Assembly (NCBI GenBank): GCA_016906335.1
Contig: JADEYG010000002.1
Coordinates: 310,001-374,000, forward strand
From: Novakomyces olei
Taxonomy: Eukaryota
DNA: 64,000 bases
Direction: 5' to 3'
In this document: piece by piece, positions 55,848 to 64,000 of the stretch
Layout: the number at the start of each line of letters is the position of its first letter
How positions within the stretch are numbered: the first letter of the stretch is position 1
Translations under genes and position numbers: made by a program
Notes under the pieces: generated by a model
What the model saw: only the letters and a program-made list of their open reading frames with translations
Database searches by the model: none
Told to the model about the DNA's origin: nothing

Positions 55848-56346
55848 TGACGACGGCTGCTTTCAATCCATGAAACGCTGATCTGCTGTGACAGACGAGT
55901 CATATACTCCAACGAGCCACTCTACCCTTCATTGTCGCTCACCGTTTACGCGTCGCGCGTATAATTAAACGCGTTAGAGGTTATCATGTATGGCTGCCTG
56001 CAAGGTTACTTTTATAAAATAACGGTTACACTGAGTGGGTCGCGCATTGAGTGGTGGGTGGGCCGGCAGCCTATCATGAGCGCGCAGATGACCGCCCAAA
56101 GTACTCTTCGACGAGGTCTTTGGTATTTTCACATACACTATACGCCGCCGCCGTGTGTCTTTTGTGGTTACTTTTACTCGGCCCTCGCGGCCGGCGCTTT
56201 CTACTCGTGTTCGGTTACGCCTACAAGGAGGAATCTGCTATCTCACAGGTTTTGCAGTAAGGTTATAGATGGTTGGAAAAACCTCGAGCTGTAACTGTCG
56301 TGGCCTTTGTATATCACAGTTTAGTATGTAGTGCCACAATTTATTA

Positions 56347-56450
56347 GGGACCCAACCCGGTCATTGGGACCCAACCCGGTCAGCAATGGATGTGCCCAAT
56401 ACTTGGATCGTACAAAGGGTTTTCAAAACTGGAAGGGTTTTCAAATCTGG
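56347..56450. repeat. Two adjacent tandem duplications (19-bp and 18-bp periods)
   Basis: GGGACCCAACCCGGTCA twice; AAGGGTTTTCAAA(A/T)CTGG twice. Confidence 0.9.
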
Positions 56451-57018
56451 TTTATGCTTTCCGCAATATATAGCCAAATCAGAGTCGTATGGCACCATTG
56501 AGCTTACAAGTAACACGCAGAAAAGTATATCGGCATAAAAATGTGGACTCAAACAGATCCGGCCGGTACATATAACTCATGTTTCTCTATGTATTACGTA
56601 AGCCAAGGTACCCTTTTTGATCCGGATCTGTACAATAGTGCTAATCCCACACAGCACTTTGCTTGTACGAAAATGCGACACCACTCTTTATCTATACTTT
56701 ATACGTCTCTGTAATTTTGCTTCAGATCTCTCTACTACAAAAGACGGTAAAGGGCTTTACAAGGTTTGCTTTTCTGGCGAAAAGTGGGGTTTGCTCTTAC
56801 TTTCATTCTGCTCTGCCATTAGAAACTCACTGTTGCGGCCAAGTGCATTCGTTCTTTGGCCTTATCTCAGTTCCTTGCGACTTGTGTTCTTTGTTGTTTT
56901 TTGAGTTCTTTGTTGAGTTCTTTGTTTCTTTTTTTCAATTTAGTTTATCCAATATTAGTCAACAATACGTTGCGATCTCTATTATCCTTTTATCTGCTAC
57001 TGTCTACCTTGAGACAAG

Positions 57019-59557
57019 GTGGACAAAGATCAGCTGGCGCGACACTGGCGCGAACACGCCCGCTCGGCAAATAGCCGTGGCTCTGATGGTGCCGGCAGTA
57101 TAGAAACAATTTCTCAGACGTCTCCAGTGTCCTCTCTCACTTCTTGTTCTTCGGCATCTTCTTCGGCTTTTAGTAATCTACCGCCACCAATATTTCCTGT
57201 CTCTCCGCCAAACGCTGGCCGACTAGGTATGACCAATTGACTTTCCATATTCGCATACAAAAGAAAAAAGAAATGAAAGGAAATGAAAAATGAAAAACAT
57301 ACTACCAGTATTAATCAATAATACTAGTTGAATGGAAATAATTGAAATTTAAACAAAAAATTTCGTTTTTGTAAAAAGTTCTTACCCAGCAGATCGCATA
57401 GAAGAGCTTCTGATCTTGTTTAAAGACAGGCAGAGTTGGGCAGAGTCGTACGTTCAGAATGTTGTGACCCCGGAGAGCGAAGGCCTGCCTCACAGGCGAA
57501 ACGCTATTATTGTGAGTGATGAAATCTAGCCAGAGTATCGGCTATTTGCTTGTTTGCTTGCTTGTTTAGTCATTAGTTTCTAACACCTTTAGGCTCTTGA
57601 TACGGATTCGAAACTGCCTCGACGATTACAATTCTTTATCCCTCCGCACTTGTCACAGTCTATAAACGCTACATCCTTCCCAATCGCTGGATCGAATGTA
57701 CCTCCTTCCTATATTTCCCCGTCTATTCCAGAGCCAAGGCACCCTCTGCTACGGGACCCGCACTACCTCTCTCTGGCACATAAATACTTCCAGTTTGGCC
57801 GCACTGTATTCCGCGTTTTTGGCGACGAGGCGTACAGTGCCTGGTCTCACGAAATTCCGCAAATGGCTCTTTCTCCCAACGGGTTTACTCCTCTACTGGA
57901 AAGCCTGTGTACCTGGGTGTGCTTGCGTATGGCCTTTTACAATGATTCCAGCTCCTCCTTTGCCGAGTGCACTGATCGAACCTCGTACCACTACCAAAGA
58001 GCCCTTGGCTCTTTGGCTCTGCAAATGGCGGATAGCCAAGTGGCCGCGAGTAATCAGGCTCTTGCAACCAGCTGCTTACTTGCTCATTTCGATATGTGCA
58101 TTGGCGAGCTCGCCCGCTCTGGATTGCATAACCATGGCTGCTGCCGAATTTACTTGGCTCGTCAGCAGCAACAGCAATTGCACTTTAAACAGGCGGATGA
58201 TTCGCCTATAGGAAGAGCGCTTTTCACAATGTTTACGTTTTACGATGTTCACTCTTCGTCAATCTCGGGGAACCCTGTCTTTGCCGATAGTCCAGCTTGG
58301 TGGACAATGGACTCAAGGTACGGCCAAAGCCCTCTGTCCTGCCCTTCTCTGTCTGAAGCAGCCGATACTGCTTATTGCAATTTACGAGTCCTCGTTGCTC
58401 AGCTTGCTAATTTTCGTGCTCGTTCTTTACGTGTCGCGAAACGGCTTCACGAACGCGTAACGCGCGCTCGACGCGCTTTACGCCACTCGAAAAACGCGGT
58501 AGCCACACAAGGATTGAGTACAAGAAATGACAAGGTAAATCAAGAGGCAGCAGCAGAAGCGTATCAAAATTCAGCAGCCTTGCTGGCTCAAGCAGAGCAA
58601 GAAGAGCAAAGGCACTCTGCTCTAGTCGCACAAAGGGCAGAGTCCTTCTTCCATGAGCTTGCTCAATGGTACTCGACATTGCCGGCAGAGAGTTTTTTTG
58701 GTACTGCGGATGCAAATGAGCGGGGCTTCGATATTGATACAGATCCAGCAATAGTCGATATTAACCAGGCATCGCCTGTAGTACAATTACCACCCGGCCA
58801 GCCGCTTGCTTTGCACATTACTGTGAGCTCATTACTGTCGCTCTATCATGCGTGGCAAATTCAGCTTTTGCGAATGATGCCGGCCTCTGAATGGGCTAAT
58901 AATAATTTCACTAATAACAATGATATCAAAATGGATAATATTGAAAATAACAGCAATAACGATTACAGCAATAATGATTACAACAATGATAATAACCGCA
59001 ATCGAAAAGGCAAGCCCCCTGGGTTCAGCAATGAAGAGCTGATTGGTCGAGCTGCGTTCAAGATTTTCCAGATTTTTGCGTCCAATCGTGGAATTGGCGA
59101 AATCTTTACTTTTCCCATAGTAGCAGCAGGACTTTTTACCCGGAACAATGCACATCGGCAATGGTTATTGAGGGCGATTATGGAAGAAGTCGAAGTGAGC
59201 GGGTACGCTACTCTTACATTTATACGTCATGTGCTTTTGTACGCCTGGTTCAGACCAAAGCCGCACCGTCTTCGTCATCATCAGCAGCAGTCGTCTTTCA
59301 ATTCAATATCCTCCATGTCGGCAAAACACAACCATGAAAATGTGGCACAAGACGCGTCTAATTCGTCCTCCAGTTCAAGACTGCAGCCAGAGTCACTTGA
59401 TAATGCTGCCAAGCAAGGCAGCAGTGATGAGAATCAGTTAGCCACCGGTTTTGAGTACGTTCCGCACGGAGCAGAGACATTAATTGCCGGCGTGTCGGAT
59501 AATTTGTTCCAGGCCATGGGTATTCTGAGCGACGAGCTTGATAATGTGCGATACTGA
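57019..59557 (+). CDS. Fungal-specific transcription-factor-domain protein (Fungal_trans_2-like); 5' end unresolved
   Basis: Exons 57019-57226, about 57390-57511, 57593-59557 join in frame; YHYQRAL..L, ALATSCLLAHFD, H..G, F..F..YDV..S pattern; no ATG in the first visible exon. Confidence 0.7.
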
Positions 59558-60055
59558 GGTCGGATACTTTTTTGTTTTAATTTTAGCTTGTGGAATTTTG
59601 GTAGGAGTTTTGTTTACGAGCGAGCGTATCTTGTTGGCTTTGGGTTGGCAGTTGAACATATTGTCAATATTAAACATTCAATTATACATTATACTCGGAA
59701 ATTTACTTGTCTCTCAATCTGTAGAATTGCTCAGTGCTAATTAACGGGCAGTGCATAGAATCAGCTTGGTATCACGAATACGTTTGTCATACACTCAAAC
59801 ACGAGAATGGCAGAGTGTTCCGGGCTGCAGAGACTATAGTGAATTTTCTTTACAATTTTCACGGTAAACGCCAAACTATGATCAAATACAATAATATTAT
59901 TTTGCAAATCAATTATACAGTAAAAAAAGCAACCAAAACCTTCCCGATCCAACCAACATGAATGCATTAGCTCATCTGATCATTGCTTCCCTGTCATTCC
60001 AAATTTAGCATCTAGCCCTTACCAGCACCCTTTGTCCACAAAATTATTGAAAATA

Positions 60056-60085
60056 AACCCTAACCCTGAACATTAACCCTAACCC
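60056..60085. repeat. Short interstitial telomere-like CCCTAA repeats
   Basis: AACCCTAACCCT 60056-60067 and TAACCCTAACCC 60074-60085. Confidence 0.6.
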
Positions 60086-60211
60086 GGCCATAAAGTCACA
60101 ATGACTCGATGCTGATAAAAGGGCCCAGAGGAACCATAAAGGCCCTGAAAGAAGATCGGAAGAAACGTTCTGCGGTAAAAAAAAAAACGATCTATCTTCT
60201 CCGTCTCCTCT

Positions 60212-62855
60212 TCAAGCCCTCATAGGCGCATTTTGCAGTACGAAATTAGAGACACGGTTCGGTGTAGGACTCGAGTCATTCTGGTCTCGTCTTCCTTCCT
60301 GGCCCGGTGCCTCTGGTCTCGAAGCCGCCTGTGTCTGTTGCTGATGGCGGTTGAGTAAAGTTTGGTGCCAGAGCTGCATATCCTCCACAGCCGAGCGTGT
60401 GCCGGCCAGCGTATTTGCATGGCGGCGTGTTGAAGCTGGGGAAACTCCGTCCGGAGTGTGCAAGAGACCTGCAGTCCCCACAAGGCCGATATCTCCACTC
60501 GAAGCCTGTGAGCCTTCACGGCTAAGTGGACGCCTACGGCCAATCTCAAGATCGTCCTCGTAATGCTCACGCTCTTCATGCGGACCATCGAGATTGTTAT
60601 CGAGAGAGAGTGAGGCAAAGTACCCTGTCGGCTCTTCGCCACTGTTGCTGCTGCCTTCTAACGATCCTGGCTGGCCATTAGCACCCGTGGCAAAAGCGAT
60701 TCCCCGACTGATCGTCTCCTCATACGGCGGTGGGGGTGTAAGAAGTGGGGGTTGAGCAGAGCTCATTGCTATATCAAAGTTTGGTGGGTTAACAGTAGGG
60801 TTCCGGGAAAGTAGCCCTGGTCTTTGTGGGGGGAAACGTGACCCGCCCACCGGAGTCTGTGGGCTTGCAAGAGAAGCTCCCGCTAGAGCCAACGGATCGG
60901 CCATTCCTGAAGAGTACAAATCGGGCGTTCGCAGCTCTGGCTGCGTACACGGACAGGGGACTCGCGAGGGGTTCGGTTTCGTCCATGTCCCGTACGCAGG
61001 GAGAAGCAAATTGTTTTGCGTGCATCGGCACTGATTGTTAGATACATGTAATATTTTGTAAAAATATTTTGGAATGAAAAAATAAAATAAAGTAAAATAA
61101 AATAAAATAAAAAATAAAAAATAAAAAATAAAAAAATGGTGATAGAGGAGTACTGAAAATGACGAGGAACTAGTAGAAGAGAATAGAGGACAACAAAATA
61201 GAGAGAAAAAGAACCGTTGCTATAATGAATGCGAAGCTTACCGAAAGAATGTGTACCGGCGAATCAATAGATATCTCAAAATGCCGACGCCGCTCAGGGT
61301 TTTCTGGGTCGTATTTACTTAACCGAAGCACAATCTTGATCCAGTGGTGCGACTGTCCAATTAGCACTGCAAGAAAAGATAATAAAAAAGGCCAATAACG
61401 ATATTCACAAATAAAATTGGCATAAAGTCAAGCACAAAAACGAACGCCTATACATTTATTTATATACGCCATGCGCATATATAAATAAATATTGGTTTAT
61501 AACCTCACCTTTATATTCGTATATGTCGTATCAAAATGTAGCTTGTCCCTCCCCTCTGCCTGGCAATTTGGCAGTGGAGCAAGAACCTCAAACTCTGTTG
61601 AAGTAGCGGTCGCCATACCTTCAAGATCGCCGAGCATATTATTCGTAGCATTGGCCTCTGAATTCTTTTCCAGCAACAAAATTTTACGCTGCGGCTCGTA
61701 GCGGTGTACCTTTTTATTCTTGCACCAATATTCAATGTTTTCTGTAACGAATATTTTGATTCGATGGATGCGTACTTTGTCCAGCGGTGTCAGTTTGAAA
61801 TAAACCGGTATTTTTGTGCCAATGGGAAAGGCTTTGCCTGAAATAATTATATCATAATGCAACTGATCTTCCCAGTTACGAGAGATCGCAATTGGCTCGG
61901 TACCTTCCAAATTTTGAACACCAGGCAGCCGTACAATCTCCAGCGGCATTTTGCCACGTACATCCGACTTAAAAGTTCCGTGCCTCTCAATAACCGCCTC
62001 CAGCTCGTACCTTACCCCACCCATGGGACAGTCACACGACTCTGGCAGCATTGGCGGGATAGGTGTCTCGAAATTATATACATACTCGCCGGCACTAAAC
62101 AGCCTGTATCCACGCATTTGTGTAGTAGCAGCATCGTGTTTGCCAAAGGACCTGGACGAGAGGAACCCGGGCCCATTGTTCCGCTGCTTGTTACCCGCAG
62201 CAGTATTACCATGCAGATCCTTAGCCTCGTTCGACGTATCCAGAACCACTGAATCAGCCCCGTGCGAAAGCTCAGCGGCCGGAAAATGGGCATTAAAAAA
62301 AGGCCAAGTGTGCGTAATAAGCTCGCGCTCTTCATAAAACTCGTTCTTTCTAGGCGGAATCCCCTCTGGCCATTCGGTACGAGCAGTTCCCCGGAAAGTC
62401 AGGCTCACCGTCTTGATCTTTTGCGGCTTTGCCAGCCGCACGACAAGGCTGCCACGCAGCATTGCAGGCCGTTCGTTGTTATACTCTTGCGGCTCAAAGC
62501 CGGTTAGAAAAACGACTGGCTCAGCCAGGCTGACAGCCAGGGCAGTACCGCCACCTGAAGTAGCAGCTAGCGGCTTTTTAATCGGCGGCGGCAGGTTTCC
62601 GTTCCGCTGAGGACTCGAAACCCGAGACGGTGGCGGTCCGATCGTAGTAGTCGTGCTGTTGCTGCTGTTATTGCCATTGTGTATCGTATCATCGGAGCGC
62701 CGGCCACCTCCACTGCCTGTACTGTTCCGGTGCGTTGAGCGGCCGTCTGTGCTGCTTCCGCTGCCGCTCCCGCTGCGAGGCCGAGCACGGTCCGATCTGT
62801 ACGGAACCGCAAGCGAAGCATCCGAGGATTCTCGGCTGCGGCCGTCTCCTATCAT
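60212..62855 (-). CDS. Alpha-arrestin trafficking adaptor (Aly1/Aly2/ApyA-like), 3 exons
   Basis: [68 protein letters not shown] motifs LPAY and PPPPY. Confidence 0.92.
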
Positions 62856-64000
62856 GCTTGCTGGCCTTTGTCGTCGTGCCGGGTCGGTTTATTATTATTT
62901 TTATTATTGTTTTTTTTTTAATTGATTTTATTACTGTTTTTATTATTATTATTTTTATTATTTTCAAATTGCACTGTAATGCTCAGCTAAAGATGGGAAT
63001 AGTGATTGGACTATGATGAAATAAAACAGGTGTGAAAAACTAGTGTGTAATCAATCGATAACGGTGATGATGATGAATAAGGAACAGCGATAGATTATTA
63101 AATAATACAGTCCAGAATTATTGTTCTCGTCCTTTGAAATTAATAGTGGTTTTCTTTTAGTGTTGACACTCACTTTTCGCAAGTTTACTGTTTAATGTTC
63201 CTGCTTGTTTATTATGGGGACAGAGGCCACAGCAAGTAGGGCAGAGCAAGTAGGCCACAGCAAGTAGGTGTATTTCAATATGGCAAGAATTCGTATATTC
63301 AGAAAAGTCTGGTCCCTTATACTAAACGGCAGTTACTGTCGACACTAGTCTACTGTGCCGAATACTGCACACATCTTTTGTGCCTGTTTTTACCAATATG
63401 GACATGGTTCACGGGGCTTCTTGGCAGCCCGTGCCTGTTTGCTACTCTATAGATAGTAAAGCAGAATAGTCAGTTATACTCCCGTCTGTCTCCTATTAAG
63501 CCGACTCTGTTCGCCGGCTTGCATAGTACACGTTACCTCATTCATACTCTACGTGAATTATATTAGACTATACACACCGAATGAAACTCTGTCGCTCTCC
63601 ATGCGCCCGAGTGACCCTCGTTGCTCTCTGCTACTAAAGCTTTTCCTCCATTTACACTGAATTTTACAAAATTGTTAGGTCTCTGCCAAGCAAACTTGCT
63701 GCTTTGCAAATGACTCTGGTCGGTCGCTCAGTCTAGACCCGCATCTTACATTACTTTACAATAGCCTAAATGTTGGCTCATCCTTTGGAGGTAACTCGTG
63801 CCGACCAAAAATATTTGCAATGGGAGTAAGGATATAGTTTTACTCGACGCACTAATGGCCCTAACCCTAATTTGTACTGCCTCAGTGTTCCGAATACCCT
63901 ACCTATCCTTCTATCCAAAATTTGTGTTCTTGAATAAACCGGTCACCCAAAAAGTACAAACAAAACCGGGAATATAAATGTAAAGCGGCGATTGTCACAA

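Noticed and set aside
55276-55881. 201-aa plus-strand ORF and similar antisense ORFs over real genes
   Set aside because: Shadow ORFs opposite well-supported CDSs.

Overview
Eukaryotic DNA: a gene-dense, intron-rich fungal (ascomycete, yeast-like) chromosome segment read in the standard code (CTG sits at conserved Leu positions, e.g. G-alpha EAL). Assignment to an early-diverging yeast lineage (Lipomycetales-like or Taphrinomycotina) is inference from many short introns, a membrane-bound SREBP and a DPM1 without a C-terminal anchor. About 25 protein-coding genes are supported: HAD phosphatase, GCV1, MFS sugar porter, PSD2, SKI8, SREBP, GATA factor, DSN1, DPM1, Cdc20/Ama1-like APC activator, CDF transporter, G-alpha, ARL3, ERT1/AcuK, Smr protein, KTI12, EFM7/NNT1, LIM protein, fungal TF, alpha-arrestin, plus several small orphan ORFs. 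I found no recognisable tRNA, rRNA, snRNA, transposon or CRISPR array. The best leads are two unannotated structured-RNA candidates (27.9-28.1 kb with a pseudoknot and a mutually exclusive alternative helix; 20.6-20.9 kb), frequent AAG 3' splice sites, SRE-like motifs in the SREBP gene's own promoter, and a TF whose 5' end may be built from micro-exons. Exon boundaries and base pairings were read by eye; nothing was computed or searched.
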